From the IMG/VR virus record IMGVR_UViG_3300028907_000004, positions 14,464 to 78,463 of that record: a DNA stretch of 64,000 nucleotides; one strand, 5' to 3'. Position numbers and translations under genes: made by a program. This DNA comes from a virus (Duplodnaviria > Caudoviricetes). Shown here piece by piece: positions 56,245 through 64,000 of the stretch. The notes beneath the pieces were generated by a model. The model saw only the letters and a list, made by a program, of their open reading frames with translations, searched no databases and was not told where the DNA came from. The first letter of the stretch is position 1, and each line of letters starts with the position of its first letter.

Positions 56245-56529
56245 CTATTTTTCCAACGAATCGTACCAAATGCGCATTGCAGCTTTATCGGCATTGGACT
56301 CGTTCAAGGCGCGTAAGAGTTCAAGAGACCATCGCAGAAGATCGCCGTTTGTAATGTACTGGGTGGAGTTCGCTTCTATCTGCGGGACTTCCGTGGGAAC
56401 CATAAGGCTTTGCGGGGGAAGCTCCCTTTTAATCACTACCTGCGGCACGTATTCCACCTGCTTGGAGCAAGACGCCGACAGCACCAGCAGGGAGAACAGA
56501 AGAATCCCAATCATTGGTTTCCGGATCAT
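56245..56529 (-). CDS. o-spanin (Rz1-like lipoprotein)
   Basis: lipobox-like LSASC after hydrophobic leader, Pro-rich, overlaps i-spanin. Confidence 0.8.
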   Translation of the reverse strand: MIRKPMIGILLFSLLVLSASCSKQVEYVPQVVIKRELPPQSLMVPTEVPQIEANSTQYITNGDLLRWSLELLRALNESNADKAAMRIWYDSLEK

Positions 56530-56851
56530 TTTTCATAGCCTCCGTGTATTGCTGGTAGAGAGAAGACCACTTTCTTTGTATCTTGTTTTTGTCTTCCGTA
56601 GCCTTCGCCAGTGCTTCCTCTAGGCGTCTTTGGCCGTCTATCGCTTCCTGGGCCGCTTTCTCGTTTTCTTTGGCCCACTCTACCGTCTTCTTGATCGTTT
56701 CTTCCAAACCGGCTTTCTGTTCCTTGAGCTGGCCTACCTCTTCCTGAAGGGAATCATTGCGCCACGACAGCCAACGAATACCAACTACCAGCCCCAGAAT
56801 AATTACCAGCACAGTCACCGTTGCTGCTATTTGCATCTTGCTGAAGACCAT
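56429..56851 (-). CDS. i-spanin (Rz-like)
   Basis: N-terminal TM + long coiled coil. Confidence 0.8.
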   Translation of the reverse strand: MVFSKMQIAATVTVLVIILGLVVGIRWLSWRNDSLQEEVGQLKEQKAGLEETIKKTVEWAKENEKAAQEAIDGQRRLEEALAKATEDKNKIQRKWSSLYQQYTEAMKNDPETNDWDSSVLPAGAVGVLLQAGGIRAAGSD

Positions 56852-57461
56852 TCCAATCCTCCTTGTACCGGGGGCCGCGTACCTTTAGGATGTTATAAAC
56901 GTATTCCCGATTGATGTCAAAAAAAGACTTCTTGTAACCTGCTACTGGCTTGGTGTTCCGGTATGTGTGTTTTTCTACGTTTCCAAACCATTTCGAAGGA
57001 TTGCACCCAGAAATCCCTTTACAAATGTTACGGTCCTTTATCAAACCGCCGACACCACCATTATACGCACAAAACATAAAGGCCATTCGATCATAGGGCG
57101 AATCCGTAAGGCTTTTGACGGAAAAATAAATGTGGCGATCATAAACTACAAGAGCGCGAAGTTGCATTCTGGGATTGTACCTGTCGGTCCACTCCCATGC
57201 CTGTAGTTTGGAATCCATCTGCTTGATGATTTCGAAGTTATTGAAACGATCTGTTATGGTTATTTGGCCAAGGCCAAATCCGTACTCCCTAGACGTTTTC
57301 AACTCCGCATGAGGATTCCAGCACTTGGAATGTTTCAACGAAATACATGTTTCTTGCTCTATCTGCCCCGCAAGCATATACGGCAGGTGGAGGTCGGGGA
57401 AAACCTCCACCTGTACCGCAAACAGAAGCGATAAGTACAGAATTGCTCCAGGAGGAATCAT
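56754..57461 (-). CDS. endolysin, lytic transglycosylase (SLT-like)
   Basis: QIEQET catalytic Glu, GLGQIT, AYNGGVG. Confidence 0.85.
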   Translation of the reverse strand: MIPPGAILYLSLLFAVQVEVFPDLHLPYMLAGQIEQETCISLKHSKCWNPHAELKTSREYGFGLGQITITDRFNNFEIIKQMDSKLQAWEWTDRYNPRMQLRALVVYDRHIYFSVKSLTDSPYDRMAFMFCAYNGGVGGLIKDRNICKGISGCNPSKWFGNVEKHTYRNTKPVAGYKKSFFDINREYVYNILKVRGPRYKEDWNGLQQDANSSNGDCAGNYSGAGSWYSLAVVAQ

Positions 57462-57469
57462 AACGCCCC

Positions 57470-57790
57470 CTATGGACGAATCCACCAAATAGGAATGATC
57501 GTCATGGCTAGATAGAATACCAAGACCATACAAAACACGATTGCCGAAGCAACAGGAGACTCATTGGCTTTTTCGACAAAGGCCCTCAAATCCAGATAAG
57601 GGACAACCACCTTGCGAACCAAGTGCCCCAGACCCAGGAGGGCATAAAACACACAAAAGGTCTTAACCAGAGCCTCAAACCCTTTCCAATCAGAAATCAG
57701 GACCAGTGTGGCAGGTAGGAATAAGTACAGAAATCGAAAATCACCCAAAACCAGAAGCGGCTGGACTGCTCTTTCTACAGACTTTCTCAT
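57470..57790 (-). CDS. holin (three TM)
   Basis: three hydrophobic segments directly upstream of endolysin, GGAG RBS. Confidence 0.7.
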   Translation of the reverse strand: MRKSVERAVQPLLVLGDFRFLYLFLPATLVLISDWKGFEALVKTFCVFYALLGLGHLVRKVVVPYLDLRAFVEKANESPVASAIVFCMVLVFYLAMTIIPIWWIRP

Positions 57791-57792
57791 AA

Positions 57793-58482
57793 CTACTTCT
57801 CCAATTCGCAAATAGAGTTACACATACACAACAAGGTGGCTACCCTGGTGGCCAGTCCTTTCAAGTCGTTAAATTCTTCATCTTCCAGATCACGGAAATC
57901 CTCACAATAATCCACCATCAAAAACCCTATGGGAAGGCCGTTGTTAGCATATAAGCCCACACAATACACAGAATATATGCCTTGCATTTTCAATGTTTCG
58001 TAGGTAGAAGGGTCGATTTCTTTGAAGCAGTCTATAGAGGTACACCGCAACCCCTCTCCGGTTATGACCCTGCGGTTAAAAGAACAGAACATAGTAACTG
58101 GAAGGTTTTGGTATATGGGCTGAATCGGTTTTATTCCCAAAGCTACCGTTTCGTGTGTACACGAGCACCTAGCAAAATCCAAACCCATTACATTGTGGCC
58201 GCCGTTATGATAGCTGAATATCGTAATTCTGCTTGCTTCGTATTCGACAATAATGGCTCGGAGAATGTCCATTACCTGCTCATTGATGTCCATTACCTGA
58301 AGCATACGTTCCGGGTATTTCTTTCTGTGGCGTTCGCTTTCGTCCAAACGCATGGCTACTTCAAAAGCCTTATCCACTTTAGGCTTCAGCCACCTCCCCA
58401 AAAGAAACAGAAGAACGAGCGGAAGGCCATATGAGTTTACGAGTTTGAGAACAGTATCCAGAGTGAGAGAATCAACAGCCAT
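57793..58482 (-). CDS. TM + GAF-like domain protein (T-holin/antiholin-like)
   Basis: N-terminal TM; IFSYHNGG..CSCTHE..IGFLMVDY GAF-like pattern; first gene of lysis cassette. Confidence 0.6.
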   Translation of the reverse strand: MAVDSLTLDTVLKLVNSYGLPLVLLFLLGRWLKPKVDKAFEVAMRLDESERHRKKYPERMLQVMDINEQVMDILRAIIVEYEASRITIFSYHNGGHNVMGLDFARCSCTHETVALGIKPIQPIYQNLPVTMFCSFNRRVITGEGLRCTSIDCFKEIDPSTYETLKMQGIYSVYCVGLYANNGLPIGFLMVDYCEDFRDLEDEEFNDLKGLATRVATLLCMCNSICELEK

Positions 58483-58522
58483 TTTCGCGTTCTCCTTGTT
58501 TCATTATGGTTCTAAATAGGCA

Positions 58523-58750
58523 TCACTCGTAATCGTCCCCTGCGCCAAAGTCGTCATAGTCTATCCAGTCTCCGTAATCTGTGTCTGAGCACATGAGCAC
58601 CAGGGGTTTGCCCTTTGTGGCGGCAAGAAAGCTCCGAAGCCTCTCCCGTGCTGCTGGGTAGACGTAGAGATTCGTCATTTCCTCGCGTCCCTGCCCTATC
58701 CATAGACGCTGCCGCGTTTCGTGGCAGACAAGTTCGAATGTCCTGCTCAT
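58523..58750 (-). CDS. hypothetical protein
   Basis: MSRTFELVCHE start coupled by ATGA overlap to DUF2793 gene. Confidence 0.55.
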   Translation of the reverse strand: MSRTFELVCHETRQRLWIGQGREEMTNLYVYPAARERLRSFLAATKGKPLVLMCSDTDYGDWIDYDDFGAGDDYE

Positions 58751-59103
58751 ATCGCCACCCCTGCAGACCACCCAGCCGTCTTGTACGCAGACAGTTTTTC
58801 CTCGTCCTCGATGTACGTCACCCACCCCAGGCGGGGGGCGTAGAACACCCAGGTTGCCCCGTCCCACACGGCAACCTGCTTCTCCTTCCCTGCCCAGGTC
58901 CCGGTAGCCGCTGCGGCGACGATGTAGGTGTCTCCCACTGCGGGGGATGCCGGAGGCGTGGCCAGGTCGCGGTCCTTGACCGAGAGGTGGACGCCAACGC
59001 GGGCCAACTTGAGAAGATTCGCGTCCATCCCGACGTTCCATCCCGATTCGCCAAGCGTCCAGCCATATTGCAAGCCGAACCGTACATCTGTTTGTGCGGG
59101 CAT
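58747..59103 (-). CDS. DUF2793 tail-associated protein
   Basis: PPASPAVGDTYIV..TGTWAG...W.F..PRLGW. Confidence 0.85.
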   Translation of the reverse strand: MPAQTDVRFGLQYGWTLGESGWNVGMDANLLKLARVGVHLSVKDRDLATPPASPAVGDTYIVAAAATGTWAGKEKQVAVWDGATWVFYAPRLGWVTYIEDEEKLSAYKTAGWSAGVAI

Positions 59104-59112
59104 AACTACTCC

Positions 59113-59616
59113 TTATTCCGGCCAGACCATGGCCGGCAGTTCAGCGATCAACTCTTCTGGCTTCGGGATCGGGCGAGTCCCGGCCTGACACTCTGCCAAG
59201 ATCTGATACCCTTTAGTCCAGCAGGCATCGCGCCACTCGACTCCTGCCTGGCCTTCTGCCACGAATTTCGGACTTGGGCTTGTCGCGTAGGTGCATAGCG
59301 AAAGGATGCCGTCGTAGGCCCGCGCCTGCGCCGTCGTGTCGAGGTACTGCTGTATCACGCCGACGAGGTGCGCCTGCACTTCCTCGTGCGTCCACGGCAC
59401 GACCTGCCAGCCCTGCACCCAGGAGCCGTCGATCTGTACGGGGCCAACCTGCTCGACGCGCTCATACGGCCCGCACTCAGGGGAGGGGGATGTTGCGACC
59501 CAGACGTAGCCATCGGGGAGGACGGCTGACGCGAGGTCCGCCGGAAACGATGTGGCGGGGAAGTCGACCTGGAGGTTGGCAGGTCTTGGGCCGTCGTCCG
59601 TAATTTTGAAAATCAT
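59113..59616 (-). CDS. tail fiber assembly-like protein
   Basis: LDTTAQARAYDGILSLCTYA..S.KF.AEG...WRD motif. Confidence 0.75.
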   Translation of the reverse strand: MIFKITDDGPRPANLQVDFPATSFPADLASAVLPDGYVWVATSPSPECGPYERVEQVGPVQIDGSWVQGWQVVPWTHEEVQAHLVGVIQQYLDTTAQARAYDGILSLCTYATSPSPKFVAEGQAGVEWRDACWTKGYQILAECQAGTRPIPKPEELIAELPAMVWPE

Positions 59617-59625
59617 GGTTGTCTC

Positions 59626-60339
59626 CTATGCGGTGGGTAGGGGCCACACGGGTGGCGTGTGGTCGCCGGTGTAGCGGACGCCCTCGGTGATGCGCATCCA
59701 TCGCATATGCCCCGTATATGCAGCGCTTGGGGCTCCTGCCGAAAACATGCCGACCATCATTTGCTGGTGGCTCGCTGTAGACGGGGCGTTTGCTGATTTG
59801 TCACCGCTGGCAACTAGGGTGCCATCAACGTAAAGTTTCAGGTGACCAGATGTTAGTGACGGATCGTATGTGATGCAGATCTTGCTTGTCGTGTTTACGG
59901 CAAATACATAATTAAGGGTCACATTAATTACGTAAGAATTTGACACCCTGCGAGTGATAAACACGTAAATTTTGCTGTTTGTGTATGCGACAAAAACGCC
60001 GCTATTAGATGTTGTTCCTCTGGTTGTGTCTATTATAGCGTCGTCATTGCCTATCTGAGACGGACGCAACTCGGCTTCCAACGTCCACGCACCGCCGTTG
60101 TGCATAAATGCAAAATCAGTAGTGCCCCCAACATCCAGCCGGTCCCCATTGCCGTCAAACAGGATTGACGGATACCCGAGCCCCGTGGACACAACCGTGT
60201 TGCCGACCACGCCGACTGTCTTACCCGTGGCGTCGGAGATTACCGAGCCGGATTCGGGAGCCTGTACCAGCAAACGCACGTTGCTCCATAGCGGATCGCC
60301 CAATGTTTTCCGCACCATCAACCGCTTCGCCAGTTTCAT
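59626..60339 (-). CDS. LamG/concanavalin-A-like tail protein
   Basis: DPLWSNVRLL, SILFDGNGD, WTLEA, KLYVDG, YTGHMRWMRITEGVRY. Confidence 0.8.
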   Translation of the reverse strand: MKLAKRLMVRKTLGDPLWSNVRLLVQAPESGSVISDATGKTVGVVGNTVVSTGLGYPSILFDGNGDRLDVGGTTDFAFMHNGGAWTLEAELRPSQIGNDDAIIDTTRGTTSNSGVFVAYTNSKIYVFITRRVSNSYVINVTLNYVFAVNTTSKICITYDPSLTSGHLKLYVDGTLVASGDKSANAPSTASHQQMMVGMFSAGAPSAAYTGHMRWMRITEGVRYTGDHTPPVWPLPTA

Positions 60340-60698
60340 GCCGAGTCTCCAGAATACAGCCGAAACAGCGTCGTCCCGACTTTCCACAGCACAATCACAT
60401 TGAGGCCAGCGGCAAGACCGGTGGGCCAATCACCAATGATGGTGCTCGTCGGCCATGTGACACTGTACGCTCCAGGAGTAAGGTGCAGCGTCATGGACTG
60501 GCCGTCCGTGAGCGTATCAACTGGCGTGGAGTTGCCTGTCAGCGTCCACTTTGCGATGGAGCCGACAGCCGGATCGTCGGGGTCAAGGTCCGGGGCTGTC
60601 CCGGTCAATTCGCCAACAACTTCCGTCATAGCGATGGAGTCTGGCGCGACGGCGAATTGTGTGCCGCCAGGCCCGTCAAGTAGCGGTTCAAATTTCAT
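60336..60698 (-). CDS. tail fiber-associated protein
   Basis: 120 aa, WTLTGNS...SVTWP...VIVLWKVGTTL; coupled to neighbours. Confidence 0.6.
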   Translation of the reverse strand: MKFEPLLDGPGGTQFAVAPDSIAMTEVVGELTGTAPDLDPDDPAVGSIAKWTLTGNSTPVDTLTDGQSMTLHLTPGAYSVTWPTSTIIGDWPTGLAAGLNVIVLWKVGTTLFRLYSGDSA

Positions 60699-63525
60699 AA
60701 TAAACCTCGGTTGTGCCGTGATACACCTGCGATGCGCCATGATACACGGGCAGTTGAGAGATATAGTCAAATGTATGCGAGAAAACCTGAAAACTCTCCA
60801 ACGCATCACGCACCGACCAAACTTCCAGCCGCACCTCGCCACGATAGGACGGCGTGAATGCAACAGTATTGCCGGTGATCCCTGTCGAAGCATCTAGTTC
60901 AGCCTCGGTGTCCGCACGTACTAACCTGGCCGAATACGTCACTCCCGCCTCCGGGCCGACACTCCCATCAGTCCACCCAAGCACCGATCCGCCCGTCTGC
61001 TGGATGCGGTCCCGGTGGACCCATGTTGCCACAATGCCGACGAGATCGTCGGCAACTACCGTTCCAGGAAAGTACACGCCGCCAATTTTCACATCAGCCG
61101 GAGGATACGGGCGGACGGCCCGCTGGTCCATCACAACGGAGTCAACCGGGGCATCTGCGATGGCCAGGGGGCCCTGGCCGCTGGCTGTCAGGATCTTCAC
61201 ATCCACTTCGTCGCTGGCGACATACTCCACGTCATCACTGGCCGCGTATCCGTCCCAGATTACGACAGCAGTGCCATCCGCATGAGCTGTCGGAACGGTG
61301 TCCAGGCACCCGCGCCGGATTGTGGCTACGCCGTCCACGATGGACTCGATGACGACGATCTCATCGTCAATCTGAGCCAGGCTGCCATCCGCAAACTCAT
61401 CGAGGTCCACGCCGTCCCTGAGCGTTGCCGTCGTGTCGAGGTGGCCGATAGCTCCATCCAGGGCCGCGCAGGGGCAGAAATCCAGCGTGCCACCCTCAGA
61501 GTAGCCTGCCCCGGAATCGACCTGCAGTTCGGCGTTGATCTCTGCGGCTGGACGTCCTGCGGCTACCATCAGGTAGCCCAGTTCTGGCAATCCAGAGAGC
61601 TTCGCGGCGGTGTCCACCTCTCCGAGTTGGCGCACAATCTCGTAGTATGGCGTCTCCATCACCAGTCGTGGCGTTGCCGGGAGCGGCGCTACTGACGGAT
61701 TGGTCCACTCGGTCGGCTCGGCCTCGACGTAGACGATGTCCGGCAGGGAAAACACGTCCTGAGCGCACTGGATGCGGACGGTGTTGTCCACCCCATCGCC
61801 AAACGCAATCTCGGTCACGCGCATGATGTACGAGGTCGCAATGCCGTTGCCGTCCTCGTCTGTCTCGGTCCAGTTCCACCGAAAAACGCTGCCGATATTG
61901 AGGGCCGCCGCATCCCGCTGGGCATAGATCGTGGCCGTCACGAGCGGAGTGCTCATGGCTTTCAGGTCACGCGCTGCCGCCCTTGCAGCGATGGCCTGAT
62001 TTGCAAACCCCATGTACTCGACGGTCGCCGCGATGATCGCACCCTGCTGTTGGATCATCGCCAGATTTTGCAGCGTCACCGTCTCGACCTGGCCAGTTTC
62101 GTTCGAGTTGTAGGTGACTGTGATTTCGTTGACGAGTTCCGCCAGGGTTTGCTTTGAGTAGCCCTCGACGCGAGAAATGTTCGACTGGTCCAGGACGAAC
62201 AGTGACGACTCGTCATAGTCGTCGCGGATCAGCTTCAGTTCAAACTTCCCTGTCGCACGGTCGACGTAGAGCGTGGCGTCAATGTGGCGGATAATCTCTT
62301 CAACAAAGTCCTCGATGCTCGTCTGCTGGCTCCAGAGGATGGATATGCCCATTTTTTCCGCGAAAAGCGTGCTTGCTGCCAAGACAAAGGACTCGCCCAT
62401 GTCCGATTCAGGATAACCCATACCCCAATTTGTATCTGTCAAGCACTCGCGGACAATGTGGGCTGGGTTCATATCTCTAAAATAACCCTCGACATCCAAC
62501 CCTGGGTCAAAAAAACTCTGGCGAAAAACAATTTCTCCGTATTTGGTGACTACAAGAGGCGGATTAATGCTAGCATACGAGTTTTCAATCTGATAGCCGT
62601 TGATGATAGATAATGATCCTGCAATCGTCACAGTTCCTACAACGCCCACATAAAGCAAAGAAAATTCGATTGTGTAATCCTCTTTCTGGACGATAGAAGC
62701 CGAATACTGTCTGCCAGGAATAAGTGGCGTATCAGACAGCGCAGCGCCTCCAAAATAGGGCAAATCCCCGTGTAGGGCCGACCATGGCCGAAACTGATAG
62801 ATTGCACTACCGGAACTGTTTAAAAAGTTCATTACAGCGGAGTCTTTCCCAGCAACCGCGGATTCGAGCATAAAATTAAATTCAATCCTGGACACCGCTC
62901 CTGAAAAACTACCCACGCTGGTCGCCTTGGCAGATCCAACGCCTTGCTTTGACAGGTTGTGGGTGATGCTATTCCCGAGCGCCAACCACACCCCTGGCTG
63001 TGACCCTTCAGGCACCACTAGACTCCAATCGCTGAACGGAACCACCGACTCCTCGGAAATAGGTGGATAGGAATCGTCCACACGATAGTAGTTGATGGCT
63101 GACTTTTCATTGTACCACTGTGCTGTTCCGTCGCTCCTGACTCGTATCCGCTGTAATAGCCACCCCCAGTCCTTCAAATACGGGTTTAGTCCAATGTAGA
63201 CTTGCCGGAGAACGGCACAGCACACGCCGCGAAACGCGGGAAGAAGGTCAGCGCCAAGCTTGGCCGCCAGGTAGGAGTTTTGGGCCTGCGTAGGCCCGCC
63301 CATTTCGATGTCCACCCGACCCGTGACGCCCCCCTCACGGTTCTCTCCTCCGAACAGTCCTGGCTTGTCGATGGTCAACGCGCCGCCGCTGTTTTCGCCC
63401 ACCCACGCTTTTTTCCCGCCGACACGGATGCGCACGAGCTTGTCAACAGGGCCATGACACAAGGCCATGTGCATGCCGACGTAGTATTTGTACCCGACGG
63501 TAACTTCTTTGCTACTGCCGCCCAT
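60688..63525 (-). CDS. tail tip / host-specificity protein
   Basis: 945 aa; MGGSSK..GYKYY, PAFRG, DMNPAHIVRECLTD, RPYPP motifs. Confidence 0.9.
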   Translation of the reverse strand: MGGSSKEVTVGYKYYVGMHMALCHGPVDKLVRIRVGGKKAWVGENSGGALTIDKPGLFGGENREGGVTGRVDIEMGGPTQAQNSYLAAKLGADLLPAFRGVCCAVLRQVYIGLNPYLKDWGWLLQRIRVRSDGTAQWYNEKSAINYYRVDDSYPPISEESVVPFSDWSLVVPEGSQPGVWLALGNSITHNLSKQGVGSAKATSVGSFSGAVSRIEFNFMLESAVAGKDSAVMNFLNSSGSAIYQFRPWSALHGDLPYFGGAALSDTPLIPGRQYSASIVQKEDYTIEFSLLYVGVVGTVTIAGSLSIINGYQIENSYASINPPLVVTKYGEIVFRQSFFDPGLDVEGYFRDMNPAHIVRECLTDTNWGMGYPESDMGESFVLAASTLFAEKMGISILWSQQTSIEDFVEEIIRHIDATLYVDRATGKFELKLIRDDYDESSLFVLDQSNISRVEGYSKQTLAELVNEITVTYNSNETGQVETVTLQNLAMIQQQGAIIAATVEYMGFANQAIAARAAARDLKAMSTPLVTATIYAQRDAAALNIGSVFRWNWTETDEDGNGIATSYIMRVTEIAFGDGVDNTVRIQCAQDVFSLPDIVYVEAEPTEWTNPSVAPLPATPRLVMETPYYEIVRQLGEVDTAAKLSGLPELGYLMVAAGRPAAEINAELQVDSGAGYSEGGTLDFCPCAALDGAIGHLDTTATLRDGVDLDEFADGSLAQIDDEIVVIESIVDGVATIRRGCLDTVPTAHADGTAVVIWDGYAASDDVEYVASDEVDVKILTASGQGPLAIADAPVDSVVMDQRAVRPYPPADVKIGGVYFPGTVVADDLVGIVATWVHRDRIQQTGGSVLGWTDGSVGPEAGVTYSARLVRADTEAELDASTGITGNTVAFTPSYRGEVRLEVWSVRDALESFQVFSHTFDYISQLPVYHGASQVYHGTTEVYYEI

Positions 63526-63765
63526 TTATAGCTCCTGCTCCGACCGTGCCGCAGCGGCAACCTGTAGGGCCATAGCGTCGCCTGTTCTTTCCAGGGCCTC
63601 CACGGGCAGGCCAGCGCGCAGAAACTCGGACCAGTCCAACCCGTGGCGCTCAAACCACGCACGCGCCCCGCGAGAGCACATCTTACATTGCCGGATATGG
63701 CGCATCGTGAACTTGACTTCGCTCATTTCTTGCCGCCTTTCTTTTTGATCGCCACGGTATGCGTG
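63526..63765 (-). CDS. small tail assembly protein
   Basis: CSRGARAWFERHGLDWSEFLRAG...TGDAMA motif. Confidence 0.75.
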   Translation of the reverse strand, partial: HAYRGDQKERRQEMSEVKFTMRHIRQCKMCSRGARAWFERHGLDWSEFLRAGLPVEALERTGDAMALQVAAAARSEQEL

Positions 63766-63953
63766 TCGCCCCACCAAACGATGTTCTGGCCGGTGATTTC
63801 CCTAGACCCGAAAAGCATCGGGATTTCAGCCCCGGCGGTGGCGATGGCCTTCGCTTCGATGGTCCCAGGCTTCGGCGAGTCGTATTTGACCTTGGGCCGG
63901 AAGATGTAGCCGATGACCAGCGATGCGACGAAAAAACCGAGTTCGATCCACAT
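63723..63953 (-). CDS. small tail assembly protein
   Basis: EIPMLFGSR...NIVWWGD..IKKKGGKK. Confidence 0.8.
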   Translation of the reverse strand: MWIELGFFVASLVIGYIFRPKVKYDSPKPGTIEAKAIATAGAEIPMLFGSREITGQNIVWWGDTHTVAIKKKGGKK

Positions 63954-64000
63954 TACACGAGGCTCCTTCCGTCAAACGGATTGCGGGACGGAATCCATGG
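63953..64000 (-). CDS. 3' end of tail protein (DUF2163/BR0599-like), truncated
   Basis: reads ...PWIPSRNPFDGRSLV-stop, the typical C-terminus of this family. Confidence 0.7.
   Translation of the reverse strand, partial: PWIPSRNPFDGRSLV

Noticed and set aside
1-64000. Prophage boundaries, integrase, diversity-generating retroelement, virion RNA polymerase
   Set aside because: No integrase, att-like flanks, reverse transcriptase or RNAP motifs seen; the window is not the full genome, so absence is not proven

Overview
This window is a large part of a tailed dsDNA phage (Caudoviricetes) genome, apparently circularly permuted. Head genes lie at the left edge and tail genes at the right edge, both on the minus strand, and genes are cut at both ends. 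Spanin-type lysis genes imply a Gram-negative host, and no integrase, host genes or CRISPR array are visible. Layout: (1) 1-7.0 kb minus: capsid, scaffold, SPP1-gp7-like protein, DUF4055-type portal, terminase subunits. (2) 7.1-10.1 kb plus: small hypothetical genes. (3) 10.2-20.3 kb: leftward early-type small genes with three near-identical sigma70 promoters, three repeat-rich non-coding blocks and very strong local enrichment of the motif RRRGTCCG/CGGACYYY. (4) 20.3-56.1 kb plus: phage sigma factor, SNF2 helicase, primase, a hairpin cluster, DnaB-like helicase, a candidate modification cluster (two SplB-like radical SAM enzymes, a PLP enzyme, a DUF2156 aminoacyl-tRNA-dependent transferase), HU, beta clamp, a 224-nt tRNA-like RNA, UDG-like/PolA fusion, DUF4338/Mom-like protein, an intein-containing clamp loader with a nested out-of-frame endonuclease, recombination genes and nucleotide-metabolism genes. 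(5) 56.2-64 kb minus: lysis and tail genes. The strongest novelty candidates are a possible aminoacyl-RNA-dependent DNA modification system, the motif-saturated ~9-kb early segment and the dual-coding intein. All family calls come from motifs recognised by eye and all counts are manual; no searches were run.
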